In this document: positions 31,312 through 42,565 of the stretch, piece by piece
Numbering within the stretch: the first letter of the stretch is position 1
Layout: the number at the start of each line of letters is the position of its first letter
From: an uncultured Bacilli bacterium
GTDB lineage: Bacteria; Bacillota_I; Bacilli_A; RF39; UBA660
Length of the DNA: 55,091 bases
NCBI GenBank assembly: GCA_947589435.1
Contig: CANQBI010000004.1
Coordinates: 1 to 55,091, forward strand
Reading direction: 5' to 3'
The notes under the pieces: model-generated
Databases searched by the model: none
What the model was told of the DNA's origin: nothing
The model's input: the letters and a program-made list of their open reading frames with translations, nothing else
Position numbers and translations under genes: made by a program

Positions 31312-34176
31312 ATGTATATACCACTTAAAGTTACAACTGATTATAGTTTACTGAAGAGTTTAATTAAAATTGAAGATTTAATTAAATTTTGTGTGCAAAA
31401 AAATATAACTAGTTGTGGAATTTGTGATACTAATCTCTTTGGCTCAGTGGAATTTTATGATAAATGTATGGAATTTAATATTAAGCCCATAATTGGTTTA
31501 GAAGTAACTTTAAATGAAAATAATATTTACTTATATGCCAAAAATGAGAAGGGGTATAAAAACTTACTTAAAATAAATAGTATTATTACAGAAAGAAATG
31601 CAAGTATCCGAGAATTACAAGAGTATTCCTCTGATATTTTAGTTATTGTTCCTTATCAAAGTTTAGCCCTATATGATGATGTTAATTTTTATGAAGATAG
31701 ATTTATTGGCTATAAAGATGAGGTAGAACTTAAAAATGCTTTAATAAGAAATTCAAATGTCGTTTATGTAAATGATATTAAATGTTTTTTAAAAGAAGAT
31801 TTAGAATACTTAAAGTATTTAGATATTTTAAATGAAGAAAAGATAAAAACTTATTATGATAATTATTTTAATTTTAATATAAGTGAATTTGATCAAAAAA
31901 CTATTGAAAAAGTAAATAGTATGATTAATATAGAGTTTACGAAGAATAAAAGTTATATTCCGAAATATAATAAAGATATTGATTCTTTAGAATTTTTAAA
32001 AAATTTATGTTTAAAGGGCTTACAAAAAAGATTGAATGGCAAAGTTCCAAGTAATTATTTGGAAAGATTAAAATATGAATTAAGTGTTATTAACAAAATG
32101 GGGTTTGTTGATTACTTTTTGATTGTTTATGATTATGTTTTATATGCCAAAAAACATGATATTTTAGTAGGCCCAGGAAGAGGTAGTGCGGCCGGTTCTT
32201 TAGTAAGTTATGTAATTGGAATTACCGATATTGATCCCATTAAATATAATTTATTATTTGAAAGATTTTTAAATCCGGAAAGAGTATCGATGCCTGATAT
32301 TGATATTGATTTTGATAACACCAAAAGAGATGAAGTAATTAATTATGTTAAAAGTAAATATGGCGAAGAAAATGTTTCGGGAGGTCTTACTTTTGCCACT
32401 TTAAAAACCAGATTAGTTTTAAGAGATGTGGCTAAGATTTTTAAAATTGAAGAAAGACTTTTAAATAAATTTTTAAAAGTTATTGAAGGTAACCTAACTC
32501 TGAAAGATAACTTAAAAATTAAAGAAGTTAATGATTATTTAAAAACTTATCCTGATTTAAAAAATGTTTATAAAATAAGTTTAAAACTAGAAGGTTTAAA
32601 GAAAAATATTAGTACCCATGCGGCAGGAATTGTTATTGCAAATAGACCTTTAGACGAAATTATTCCAATGTACAAAAATAAAGATATTTATTTAAGTGGT
32701 ATTCCCATGAAAAGTTTAGAAAACTTAGGTCTTTTAAAAATGGACTTTTTAGCTTTAAGAAATTTAAGTACAATCAGTAATATTATTAAAAATATTGAGG
32801 GTTTTAATTTGAAAGATATTCCTTTAGATGATAAAGAGGTTTATGATTTATTTAGCAGGGCCGATACCGATGGCATCTTTCAATTTGAAACTAAGGCTTT
32901 TAAAAATATGTTAATTAAATATAAACCGCAAAACTTCAGTGAACTAGTGGCATCGATTGCTTTGGTAAGACCAGGACCAAGCAGGGAATTAGAAACTTAT
33001 ATTAAAAGAAAAATGAAACTCGAAAAAGTCACCTATTATCACGAATCTTTAAAAGACATTTTAGAGGAAACTTATGGGGTAATTGTCTATCAAGAGCAAG
33101 TTATGAGTATTTTAGTTAGGATGGCCTCATTTACTTATGCGGAAGCGGATAATGTAAGGAAAGCCATGGCTGGCAAAAACAGTGAAAGTATTGCGAAAAT
33201 AAAAGATAAATTTATTAGGAAAAGTAGAGAAAATGGTTATGATGAAGCTCTTTCCCATCAAATATTCGAGGCCATCTCCGCCTTTGCTTCTTATGGCTTT
33301 AATAAAGCCCATAGTGTTTCGTATGCCTATGTTTCTTATGAAATGGCTTATTTAAAAGTCCATTATCGGGCCTTATTTACTTTTGAACTTTTAGAAAGTG
33401 TGGTAAGTCCTAATAAAATAAAATTATATTTAAATGAACTTAAAAAATATAATTATGAAATTAAACATGTAAATATTAATATATCCGATTCTAAATATGT
33501 TTTAAAAGAAAATAAGGTGTATTTGCCTTTTACAAGAATTAATAGTTTAAGAAAAGAAAGTATCGGAAGTATTTTAGAAGAAAGAAAGAATAATGGTCTT
33601 TATAAAGATGTCTTTGATTTTTTTGAAAGAACTTATAGTATCTTAAGTAAAAATGACTATAGTATTTTAATTAAAGCCGGAGCCTTAAATGATTTAGGAT
33701 TTAATACCAAAACTTTAATGAATAATTTAGATGCTTTAATAAATTATGGAACTTTATCTAAAGATTTAGGAGAGTATGCTTTAGTTCCCGAAATTAAAGT
33801 TGAGGAAGAATACCCAGAAGATGAGTTAAGAATTAATGAAATAAATGCTTATGATTTTTATATTAGTAATCATCCAGCCTCTAAATATAGTAAAGATGAA
33901 GTAATGAAATTAGAAGATATTAAAGAAAATGTTTTTAAAAATGTTGTGTGTTATGTGATGATTGAAGATATAAGTTTTATTAAGACCAAAACTAAGGAAG
34001 ATATGGGATTTATTAGTGGAAGTGATGAAACAAATTGTTGTGATTTTACCATTTTTCCGAATAAATTTTCCTATATGCAAAATATCCAAAAAAATGATAT
34101 GATAAAAATATGGGGAAAAGTCTCAAAAAGATATGATAAATATAGTATAATAGTAAATAGATTAGTTAAGGAGTAA
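31312..34176 (+). CDS. dnaE: DNA polymerase III alpha subunit, DnaE type
   Basis: PHP domain, GPGRGSAAGSLV, FERFLNPER..MPDIDIDF, STHAAG, YGFNKAH. Confidence 0.96.
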   Translation: MYIPLKVTTDYSLLKSLIKIEDLIKFCVQKNITSCGICDTNLFGSVEFYDKCMEFNIKPIIGLEVTLNENNIYLYAKNEKGYKNLLKINSIITERNASIRELQEYSSDILVIVPYQSLALYDDVNFYEDRFIGYKDEVELKNALIRNSNVVYVNDIKCFLKEDLEYLKYLDILNEEKIKTYYDNYFNFNISEFDQKTIEKVNSMINIEFTKNKSYIPKYNKDIDSLEFLKNLCLKGLQKRLNGKVPSNYLERLKYELSVINKMGFVDYFLIVYDYVLYAKKHDILVGPGRGSAAGSLVSYVIGITDIDPIKYNLLFERFLNPERVSMPDIDIDFDNTKRDEVINYVKSKYGEENVSGGLTFATLKTRLVLRDVAKIFKIEERLLNKFLKVIEGNLTLKDNLKIKEVNDYLKTYPDLKNVYKISLKLEGLKKNISTHAAGIVIANRPLDEIIPMYKNKDIYLSGIPMKSLENLGLLKMDFLALRNLSTISNIIKNIEGFNLKDIPLDDKEVYDLFSRADTDGIFQFETKAFKNMLIKYKPQNFSELVASIALVRPGPSRELETYIKRKMKLEKVTYYHESLKDILEETYGVIVYQEQVMSILVRMASFTYAEADNVRKAMAGKNSESIAKIKDKFIRKSRENGYDEALSHQIFEAISAFASYGFNKAHSVSYAYVSYEMAYLKVHYRALFTFELLESVVSPNKIKLYLNELKKYNYEIKHVNINISDSKYVLKENKVYLPFTRINSLRKESIGSILEERKNNGLYKDVFDFFERTYSILSKNDYSILIKAGALNDLGFNTKTLMNNLDALINYGTLSKDLGEYALVPEIKVEEEYPEDELRINEINAYDFYISNHPASKYSKDEVMKLEDIKENVFKNVVCYVMIEDISFIKTKTKEDMGFISGSDETNCCDFTIFPNKFSYMQNIQKNDMIKIWGKVSKRYDKYSIIVNRLVKE

Positions 34177-34181
34177 CAACG

Positions 34182-37100
34182 ATGGAAGAATTAGTAAGAT
34201 TTTTAAAAAGTATTAAGGTAGAATATAATGATGGTTATAAGGATGTCGTAATTAACAAAGTTATTTATAATAGGGAGACTAAAGTATATACTGTTTATTT
34301 AGAAAGTCCTAAAGTATTAAGTTATGATTTAGTAACTAATCTTTTTAATGCCGCTAAAAAAGGAATAAATGGGACAGATAAATGTTATATTGAACTTCTT
34401 TATAATAGTGTTTTAGATGAAGATATAAAAAATTATACGGATATTTTATTAGAAAATATTATTTTTGAACATCCTTCCATTTCGGGTATCATCAAAGGTT
34501 TTAAAGAAGTTAAAGATAAAGTAATTTATATAGAAGTTATGAGTGAAGTAACTTATCAAGATGAATTATTTAATAAATTAATTACCAATTTAAAAAATTA
34601 TGGTTTAGGAGAATATTCTCTTGAATTCGTCCTAAATAAAGAAGAAAAAGAAGAGATAAAAAAAGAAATTGAGGAAAGCAAAGAAGTAGTTATTCCTAAA
34701 AAGGAAGATAATCCGGTTTTATTTGGGTTTCATAAAGATGGCGAAGTAACGGCCTTAAAAAATATTGTGGGAGAACAAAAAAATGTTATTGTTGAGGGAT
34801 TCATTTTTGGAATTGATGCGAGTGAAAGAAAAGGCCAAAAAGGAACAGCATATATTATCAATTTAAAAGTAAGTGATAAAACGGATAGTTTTTTAGTTAA
34901 ATTTGTTAGATTTAAAAGCGAAGAATACAATCAAATTAAAAAAGGTTTAAAAGTTGGTAATTGGTATCGGATTTATGGTAATGTCGAAATGGATAACTAT
35001 TTAAGACAAATGATTTTAAATGGTAAAGCGATTGAAAAGATTAAAAGTAAAGATGAACTTATTGCGGATAATTCCGAAGAAAAAAGAATTGAACTTCATG
35101 CGCATACCAAAATGAGTGCCATGGATGGGGTGATTGAAGCTAAAGACTTAGTAAAATTTGCTCATAAATTAGGCCATAAAGCGGTCGCCGTAACTGACCA
35201 TGATTGTCTGCAATCCTATCCTGATTTATATCATGCTGTTTGTGATATTAATAAAGGAGTAGAAAAAGAAGAAGATAAATTTAAAGTTATTTACGGGGCT
35301 GAAATGAGTATTGTGAATAACGAAAATGATTTAATCTTTAATTTAAGAGATTATGATTTATTAGAGACTGAGTTTGTCGTATTCGATACGGAAACAACTG
35401 GATTTACGCCTTTTGTTGACCAAATGATTGAAATTGGAGCCGTTAAAATTAAAAATGGGGAAGTAACGGAACATTTTGATGAACTTATAAATCCGGGAAG
35501 ACTTTTACCTAATAAGATTGTGGAACTTACCAACATTACTGATGAAATGTTAAAAGATAAAGATACGGAAGAAAATGTTACTAAACGCTTTCTTGAATTT
35601 GTAGGTGATAGTCCTTTAGTTGCCCACAATGCTAAATTTGATATTGGTTTTATAAGTGCCGCGATGAGTAAATATAACTTAGGAGAATTTAAAAGTACAG
35701 TTATAGATACCATGGGTATGGCGAGAATGTTATATCCCGAATGGAAAAATCATAAACTTTCCACTTTAGTGAAAAATTTAGATGTTCCTTGGGATGAAGA
35801 ATCGCACCACAGAGGAGATTACGATAGTGAAGGAACGGCCATTGCTTTTTATAAAATGAGTAAGGTTTTAAGTAATCGTAATATTGAAACAACGCAAAAA
35901 TTATATGACTCTGTTGACCAAGAAGCTCTTTTAAGATTTTCGCGTCCTTTTCATATGTCCGTTTTAGTCCAAAATAAAGTCGGACTTAAAAATCTCTTTA
36001 AATTAATTAGTTATGCCAACACGAAATATTTATATAAAGGTGACCAAGCCAAACTGCCAAGAAATGAGTTAAATAAACATAGAGAAGGACTTCTTTTTGG
36101 AAGTGGTTGTGTTAATGGGGAAATCTTTAATGCCTCATTTAATAAAGAAGATGAAGAACTTGCCAAAATGATGCAATATTATGATTATATTGAAGTGCAA
36201 CCGCCAGAAGTTTATTCCCATTTAACCCAAATGGACTCTAGTTTAATTAAAAGTATTTCCGATATTTATACCCAAATTAAAAAAATAGTAAGAGTAGCGG
36301 AAGAAGCTGGGGTAATGGTTTGTGCCACTAGTGATGCGCATCATTTAACAAGAGAAGATAAAATATATCGGGATATTATTGTGGCTCAAAGATTCAATGG
36401 TAAACTTCATCCTTTAAATAAAAGAGGGATAACGGTACCAGATATGCATTTTTATACAACAGATGAAATGCTTGAAGCGTTCTCCTTCTTAGGAAGTGAA
36501 AAGGCTAAAGAAATCGTTGTAACTAATCCAAATAAGATTGCTGAAAAGTGCGAAATAGTCGAAGTTATCATTGAAACTGGAGGTGTTCCTTTCTCTCCTA
36601 AAATTGAAAATTCCAAAGAAATTGTGGAAGATATGGTATATACTAAAGCCAAAGAATGGTATGGAGATCCTCTTCCCGATAATATTAAAGACCGTATTGA
36701 ACAAGAATTAAAAGGTATCATCGGTGGTGGTTTTGACGTTATTTATTTAATTGCCCAAAAGTTAGTTAAGAAAAGTAATGATGATGGCTTTTTAGTAGGG
36801 TCAAGAGGTTCCGTTGGTTCTTCTTTTGTGGCGACGATGATGGGCATAACCGAAGTTAATCCTTTGCCTAGTCATTATCGTTGTCCAAAGTGTAAACATT
36901 CTATTTTTAAAGATGATGAGGGTAATGACCTAGCCATTACTTATAGTATTGGTTTTGACCTTCCTGATAAAGATTGTCCAAAATGTGGCACTAAGATGAT
37001 TAAAGATGGAGAAGATATGCCATTTGCGACTTTCCTTGGCTTTAATGCCGATAAAGTACCAGATATCGATTTAAACTTCTCCGATTTAAACCAAGCTGCT

Positions 37101-38501
37101 GCCCATGAATATACTAAAGTATTATTCGGAGAAGATAATGTTTATCGAGCCGGAACAATTGGAACAGTGGCTGATAAAACCGCTTATGGCTTTGTTAAAG
37201 GTTATTGTGAAGATAAAAACATTGTTATGCGAAGTATTGAAGTTGAAAGACTTGCCCAAGGATGTGTCGGTGTAAAAAGAACAACGGGCCAACACCCAGG
37301 AGGAATTGTTGTTATCCCTGGTTACATGGATGTCTTTGATTTTACCCCTTATCAATATCCCGCTGAAGATGTTGATGCTGCTTGGCGAACAACCCATTTT
37401 GATTATCATGCCATTGACCAAGATGTTTTAAAACTAGATATTTTAGGACATACTGACCCAACTCAATTAAGAATGTTACAAGATTTAACCGGTATTGATG
37501 TAAGAACAGTGCCTTTTGATGATAAAGAAACGATGAGTTTATTCTTATCGCCTGACGTTTTAGGAGTTACCAAAGAACAAATTATGAATGATACCGGTAC
37601 TCTAGGAGTTCCGGAATTTGGAACGAACTTTACAATAGGGATGCTTAAAGATACTAAACCAACAACATTTGCCGAACTTATTAAACTATCTGGACTTTCT
37701 CATGGTACCGATGTTTGGCTTGGCAATGCTCAAGAGTTAATCAGAAAAAATGTCGTTCCTTTTAAAGAAGTTATTGGTTGTCGGGATGACATTATGGTTT
37801 ATTTAATTCAAAATGGTATGGACCCTTTAAAAGCCTTCAAAATTATGGAATTTGTAAGAAAAGGTAAGGCCTCTAAAGATCCCGAAGGATGGGCTAAACA
37901 TAAAGAGACTATGAAAGAGGCGGGTATACCAGATTGGTACATCGAGTCTTGTGGAAAAATTAAGTACATGTTCCCAAAGGCTCATGCTGCTGCTTATGTT
38001 ATGAGTGCTTTTCGAATTGCTTATTTTAAAGTGCATTATCCAGCGGAGTATTATGCTTCTTATTTCTCAACTCGTTTTGATGATTTCGAAATTGAAACAA
38101 TGATTAAAGGCTATGATGCCATAAGAGCAAGAATTAATGAAATAATTGGTAAAGGTTATGAGGCAACTTCTAAAGAAGTGTCTTTACTCGAAACATTAAA
38201 ACTCGCTTTAGAGGCAACCGCTAGAGGTTTCAAATTTGGCAACATTGATATCAAAAGAAGTGAAGCCAAAAATTACATAATTGATGATGACCATATAACT
38301 TTAATTTCGCCATTTAGAACGATTGATGGTTTGGGAGATGCCGTGGCTAATCAAATAATCGAAGAAAGAAATAAAAAAGAATTCTTCTGTGTCGAAGATT
38401 TTCAAAATAGAGGCAAAGTAAATGTTTCCACCATGGAAAAATTAAGAAGTTTAAATGTTTTTGAAGGTATGCCTGAATCAGCTCAACTTAGTTTATTTTA
38501 A
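34182..38501 (+). CDS. polC: DNA polymerase III PolC
   Basis: ELH.HT.MS.MDG, FD.ETTG exonuclease, GSRGSVGSS, VPDIDLNF, YMFPKAHA. Confidence 0.97.
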   Translation: MEELVRFLKSIKVEYNDGYKDVVINKVIYNRETKVYTVYLESPKVLSYDLVTNLFNAAKKGINGTDKCYIELLYNSVLDEDIKNYTDILLENIIFEHPSISGIIKGFKEVKDKVIYIEVMSEVTYQDELFNKLITNLKNYGLGEYSLEFVLNKEEKEEIKKEIEESKEVVIPKKEDNPVLFGFHKDGEVTALKNIVGEQKNVIVEGFIFGIDASERKGQKGTAYIINLKVSDKTDSFLVKFVRFKSEEYNQIKKGLKVGNWYRIYGNVEMDNYLRQMILNGKAIEKIKSKDELIADNSEEKRIELHAHTKMSAMDGVIEAKDLVKFAHKLGHKAVAVTDHDCLQSYPDLYHAVCDINKGVEKEEDKFKVIYGAEMSIVNNENDLIFNLRDYDLLETEFVVFDTETTGFTPFVDQMIEIGAVKIKNGEVTEHFDELINPGRLLPNKIVELTNITDEMLKDKDTEENVTKRFLEFVGDSPLVAHNAKFDIGFISAAMSKYNLGEFKSTVIDTMGMARMLYPEWKNHKLSTLVKNLDVPWDEESHHRGDYDSEGTAIAFYKMSKVLSNRNIETTQKLYDSVDQEALLRFSRPFHMSVLVQNKVGLKNLFKLISYANTKYLYKGDQAKLPRNELNKHREGLLFGSGCVNGEIFNASFNKEDEELAKMMQYYDYIEVQPPEVYSHLTQMDSSLIKSISDIYTQIKKIVRVAEEAGVMVCATSDAHHLTREDKIYRDIIVAQRFNGKLHPLNKRGITVPDMHFYTTDEMLEAFSFLGSEKAKEIVVTNPNKIAEKCEIVEVIIETGGVPFSPKIENSKEIVEDMVYTKAKEWYGDPLPDNIKDRIEQELKGIIGGGFDVIYLIAQKLVKKSNDDGFLVGSRGSVGSSFVATMMGITEVNPLPSHYRCPKCKHSIFKDDEGNDLAITYSIGFDLPDKDCPKCGTKMIKDGEDMPFATFLGFNADKVPDIDLNFSDLNQAAAHEYTKVLFGEDNVYRAGTIGTVADKTAYGFVKGYCEDKNIVMRSIEVERLAQGCVGVKRTTGQHPGGIVVIPGYMDVFDFTPYQYPAEDVDAAWRTTHFDYHAIDQDVLKLDILGHTDPTQLRMLQDLTGIDVRTVPFDDKETMSLFLSPDVLGVTKEQIMNDTGTLGVPEFGTNFTIGMLKDTKPTTFAELIKLSGLSHGTDVWLGNAQELIRKNVVPFKEVIGCRDDIMVYLIQNGMDPLKAFKIMEFVRKGKASKDPEGWAKHKETMKEAGIPDWYIESCGKIKYMFPKAHAAAYVMSAFRIAYFKVHYPAEYYASYFSTRFDDFEIETMIKGYDAIRARINEIIGKGYEATSKEVSLLETLKLALEATARGFKFGNIDIKRSEAKNYIIDDDHITLISPFRTIDGLGDAVANQIIEERNKKEFFCVEDFQNRGKVNVSTMEKLRSLNVFEGMPESAQLSLF

Positions 38502-38520
38502 ATAAAAAGGAGGATAAAAT

Positions 38521-39039
38521 ATGGATGGATTTGTTCCGGATATGTATAATCAAAGTATTTATACAATTAATTATCAAAAACTTAAAAAAAGAGGAATTAA
38601 ATGTTTATTATTTGATTTAAATAATACGTTAGTTAGTTATACTACGAACTTTCCTGATACATCTTTAGAAGAATTAGTTTTTGAACTATCAAAAGACTTT
38701 AAAATAATTATTGTTTCGAATAGTAATAAAAACAGAATTAGACCTTTTAAAGAAAAATTAAATTTAGATTCTTCTTTTAAGTCCCATAAACCTCTTACAA
38801 CTAAGTTAAAAAAAATTATGAAACTTTATAATTATAAAGATACCGAAATAGCCATGATTGGCGATAATCTCATTACCGATATTTGGAGTGGTAACAAGAT
38901 GAATTTTACGACTATCTTAGTTAATAGTATTAGTGAAGATGAACCATTTATCATGGACATTTTAAGAAAATTAGAAAGAAAAATAATCAAAAAATTAAAT
39001 AAAAAAGGTATTTTGTATAAAGGAAAATATTATGAGTAA
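38521..39039 (+). CDS. yqeG: YqeG-like HAD IIIA phosphatase
   Basis: GIK.LLFDL.NTL, VSN, KP, MIGD.L.TDI..GN; precedes yqeH. Confidence 0.88.
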   Translation: MDGFVPDMYNQSIYTINYQKLKKRGIKCLLFDLNNTLVSYTTNFPDTSLEELVFELSKDFKIIIVSNSNKNRIRPFKEKLNLDSSFKSHKPLTTKLKKIMKLYNYKDTEIAMIGDNLITDIWSGNKMNFTTILVNSISEDEPFIMDILRKLERKIIKKLNKKGILYKGKYYE

Positions 39040-39910
39040 GTGTAAGGGATGTGGGATAACTTTACAGAACATTGATAAAACTAAATTAGGTTATACCCCC
39101 AAATTAGAAAATATATACTGTGAAAGATGTTTTAAAACTATTAATTATAATAAAGAAGTTAAGATAGATGATTTAGATAATGCAAAAATTATTAATAAAA
39201 TTAATAAGCATTCAGCCTATGTTTTCTTTATTACGGATTTATTTAGTCTTAATAAAAAAGTAATAGAAACATTTAAACAAATAAAGGGCAAAAAACTATT
39301 AATTATTAATAAGATGGATTTAATTCCCAGTAATTTAAAACTAGAACATTTAAAAGAAAATATCCAAAGAGTTTATGAGATAGAAGAAGATATTTATTTT
39401 ATCAGTGTGAAAAAAAGAGTTAATCTGAGTTTAATTCATAATCTTATCTTAGAAAATAAAACTATTTTACTAGCAGGGGAAACTTCTTCCGGAAAGTCTA
39501 GTTTAATAAATGAAATACTAGGTATTAATTTAACTACTAGTAAATATAGTAATACAACTTTAGATTTTATTAAGTTAAATTATATGGAGACTACCATTTA
39601 TGATAGTCCTGGTTTATCTTTAAATAAAGAAAAAAAGAATATTGATAATATTAATGTTATAGTTAAAAATTTAAATAAAGATTTTGTTTATACCATTAAT
39701 GATTTAAAAATAAAAGGGGAAGGTAGTCTTACAATGTATTTACCTAATAAAGAAACTGTTTTAAGTAAAAAGGAAGATACTCCATTAGATAAAGAATATA
39801 TTTTAGATAAAAATGATTTAATTTTACCTGAAGGGGGCTTTATTTACGTAAGTAAGGCCAAAATAAAATGTAATAAAGATTTAGAAATAAGAAATTCAAT
39901 AATTAAATAA
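39032..39910 (+). CDS. yqeH: YqeH-like ribosome biogenesis GTPase (short, divergent)
   Basis: C.GCG..LQ......GY..C.RCF; circularly permuted NK.D, G....GKSS, T, D.PG. Confidence 0.85.
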   Translation: MSKCKGCGITLQNIDKTKLGYTPKLENIYCERCFKTINYNKEVKIDDLDNAKIINKINKHSAYVFFITDLFSLNKKVIETFKQIKGKKLLIINKMDLIPSNLKLEHLKENIQRVYEIEEDIYFISVKKRVNLSLIHNLILENKTILLAGETSSGKSSLINEILGINLTTSKYSNTTLDFIKLNYMETTIYDSPGLSLNKEKKNIDNINVIVKNLNKDFVYTINDLKIKGEGSLTMYLPNKETVLSKKEDTPLDKEYILDKNDLILPEGGFIYVSKAKIKCNKDLEIRNSIIK

Positions 39911-39919
39911 GAGGTATTT

Positions 39920-41653
39920 ATGAGTGTTATAAAAGTAATGAGTGAAAATTTAGCCAATAAAATAGCAGCCGGAGAAGTTGTCGAAAAGTGTGCATCGGTT
40001 GTTAAAGAACTAGTCGAAAATAGTATTGATGCTGGTAGTACCAGGATTTTAGTCCATCTTTTAAAAGGAGGACTTGAAAGTATCGAAGTTATTGATGATG
40101 GTATGGGTATGGATAGTACTGATATTGAGAATGCTTTTTTAAGACACGCTACTAGTAAGATATATAAAGATGATGATTTATTCTTTATTAATACTTTAGG
40201 TTTTAGAGGTGAGGCACTCCCTTCAATTGCGAGTGTCTCCGAAGTTGTTATGGAAAGTTGTAGGGAAGACATTGGAACCCTTATTCATATTAAAGGGGGC
40301 ACTATTTTAGAGAAAAAACCGAGCCAAGCCAAAAAAGGGACGAAAGTTACGATTACTAATTTATTTTATAATACCCCAGCGCGTCTTAAATACTTAAAAA
40401 GTGAAACGACAGAACTTGCAAATACTACTTCTTTTATTGAAAAACTAGCTTTAGCTAAACCGGATATTTCTTTTACATTAACTAATAATGATAATATTAT
40501 TGTTAAAACTAGTGGCAGTAATAACTTACTTAAAACTATTCATGAAATATATGGTCTAGCGGTGTCTTCCAAAATGTTAGAGGTTAAAGGTTTAAATGAT
40601 GACTTTGAAATTAAAGGGTATATTTGTAAACCCGAAATTCTAAAGAGTAGCAGGAGTCACTTAAATACTTTTATTAATGGAAGAGTAGTTAAAAATAATG
40701 AAATTAATAAAGCGATTAATGATGCTTATTATACTTATAAACCTGATGGTAAATATCCAATTGTGGTTTTAAATATTGAAGTAGACCCAACTTTAGTGGA
40801 TGTCAATATTCATCCCACTAAACAAGATGTTAAATTAAGTAAAATGAATTCTTTATATGATTTAATTTATAATACTTTAAAAGATGCTTTATATGAAAAC
40901 TTACTTATTCCTGATGCCATAAAAAAAGAAGATATAAGTAATTTAAAAGATGCTTTTGTTCCCTTAGAGGAATTAGAAGAAATAAAAGAAGAAAAAGTAT
41001 CTGAAGAAAAACAAATGACAATGGACTTTGGGGATACCAAAGAAAATGTTAAAAATGAAGAATTTAAAAGTTTAGTTTTATATCCTGTAGGTTTATGTTT
41101 AGGTACTTATATTGTTTGTGAAAATGATGAGGGTATTTATTTAATTGACCAACATGCGGCGCAAGAGCGGGTTAACTATGAACATTATTTAGAAAACTTA
41201 AAAAAAGATAAAGTGATGGTTACAGATATGTTAGTTCCAATAAGTATTGAAATGCAAGGTAGTGAATATATTGAGTTTAATAATCATAAACAAATATTTT
41301 TAGATATGGGATTTAGTTATGAAGAATTTGGAATTAATACCATTATGGTTAAAAGTCATCCTACTTGGTTAAGGCAAGGAATAGAGGAAGAAAGTATTAG
41401 AAAGATAATTGATTTAATTATTAATTTAAAAGGGGAGTTTGACCCGATTAAATTTAGAGAAAATGTGGCCATTACTTTGGCTTGTAAAATGGCTATTAAA
41501 GCTAATGAACATATCTCAATGTTAGAAATAGAAGGACTCCTTAATAATCTAGTTAAATGTGATAATCCTTATAATTGTCCCCATGGAAGACCAACAATTA
41601 TTAAATTTAGTATTTATGATTTAGAAAAAATGTTTAAAAGAGCTATGAATTAG
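39920..41653 (+). CDS. mutL: DNA mismatch repair endonuclease MutL
   Basis: IAAGEVVE, KELVENSIDAG, LGFRGEAL.SI, DQHAAQER, CPHGRP. Confidence 0.97.
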   Translation: MSVIKVMSENLANKIAAGEVVEKCASVVKELVENSIDAGSTRILVHLLKGGLESIEVIDDGMGMDSTDIENAFLRHATSKIYKDDDLFFINTLGFRGEALPSIASVSEVVMESCREDIGTLIHIKGGTILEKKPSQAKKGTKVTITNLFYNTPARLKYLKSETTELANTTSFIEKLALAKPDISFTLTNNDNIIVKTSGSNNLLKTIHEIYGLAVSSKMLEVKGLNDDFEIKGYICKPEILKSSRSHLNTFINGRVVKNNEINKAINDAYYTYKPDGKYPIVVLNIEVDPTLVDVNIHPTKQDVKLSKMNSLYDLIYNTLKDALYENLLIPDAIKKEDISNLKDAFVPLEELEEIKEEKVSEEKQMTMDFGDTKENVKNEEFKSLVLYPVGLCLGTYIVCENDEGIYLIDQHAAQERVNYEHYLENLKKDKVMVTDMLVPISIEMQGSEYIEFNNHKQIFLDMGFSYEEFGINTIMVKSHPTWLRQGIEEESIRKIIDLIINLKGEFDPIKFRENVAITLACKMAIKANEHISMLEIEGLLNNLVKCDNPYNCPHGRPTIIKFSIYDLEKMFKRAMN

Positions 41654-41719
41654 TTCTTTTTTACTGGTTTTTCTTGCAAAAAAAGGTAATCTATAATAAA
41701 ATTAATTTAGGTGATTTAA

Positions 41720-42145
41720 GTGTTACAAGAATTTAAAAAATTTATTGCAAGAGGCAATGTCGTTGATCTTGCTGTCGGTGTTATCATCGGAGCAGCATTT
41801 GGAAATATTGTAACTAGTTTAGTTAATAATATTTTTACGCCATTATTAGGAATCATTTTTGGCGGCGTTGATTTTTCGGGATTATCCTTAACTCTTGGAG
41901 ATGCCAAGATTATGTATGGAGCCTTTATTCAATCCGTATTTGATTTTCTAATTACGGCAATATGTTTATTTATTGTTGTTAAAATAATGAATAAATTTAA
42001 TAGTGATTTACACAAAATAGGTAAGAAAGGTAAAAAAGAGGAAGAAGAAAAAGAAATATTACCTCCTAAACCTGCTGATATCGTTCTTTTAGAAGAAATT
42101 AGAGATTTACTAAAGAAAGAACCAAAGAAAGGATCTAAAAAATAA
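41720..42145 (+). CDS. mscL: Large-conductance mechanosensitive channel
   Basis: [28 protein letters not shown]. Confidence 0.96.
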   Translation: MLQEFKKFIARGNVVDLAVGVIIGAAFGNIVTSLVNNIFTPLLGIIFGGVDFSGLSLTLGDAKIMYGAFIQSVFDFLITAICLFIVVKIMNKFNSDLHKIGKKGKKEEEEKEILPPKPADIVLLEEIRDLLKKEPKKGSKK

Positions 42146-42354
42146 TGTTCCAAAATATTTTATATTTAGTTATTGGTCTTGTTGTAGGAGTTATTCTTGG
42201 CTTTTTAATATCCCGCTTAGTCATGAAAAAGTATTTAACTAAAAATCCTCCAATTAATGAAAAAATGATTGAAGTGATGATGAGTAGTATGGGCAGAAAA
42301 CCAAGTCAAAAACAAGTAAGACAAGTAATGAATCAAATGAATAGAATGAAATAA
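42145..42354 (+). CDS. YneF family protein
   Basis: TM then KYL..NPPINE.MI..MM..MGRKPS. Confidence 0.9.
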   Translation: MFQNILYLVIGLVVGVILGFLISRLVMKKYLTKNPPINEKMIEVMMSSMGRKPSQKQVRQVMNQMNRMK

Positions 42355-42547
42355 ATCGTTGATGAAGACTAGTAGTTATATAAGTCCTTATAGAGAGTTA
42401 GTGATTGGTGGAAACTAATGGATGAATATAGATGAATCTCCTTCGGATGAGTATTTAAAAAATACCGGATAAAAACCGTTAAAAAAATAAGTTAAAGAAA
42501 GGATGGTACCGTCAAATTGACTCCTTAGTATCATTCTTTTTATTTTT
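42355..42547 (+). promoter_or_regulatory. T-box leader of serS
   Basis: AGTA, AGAGAG..GGTGGAA stem I motifs, GAATCTCC with a Ser codon, AGGATGGTACCG T-box, T-run. Confidence 0.8.
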
Positions 42548-42565
42548 AGAAAAGAGGAAAAAATT

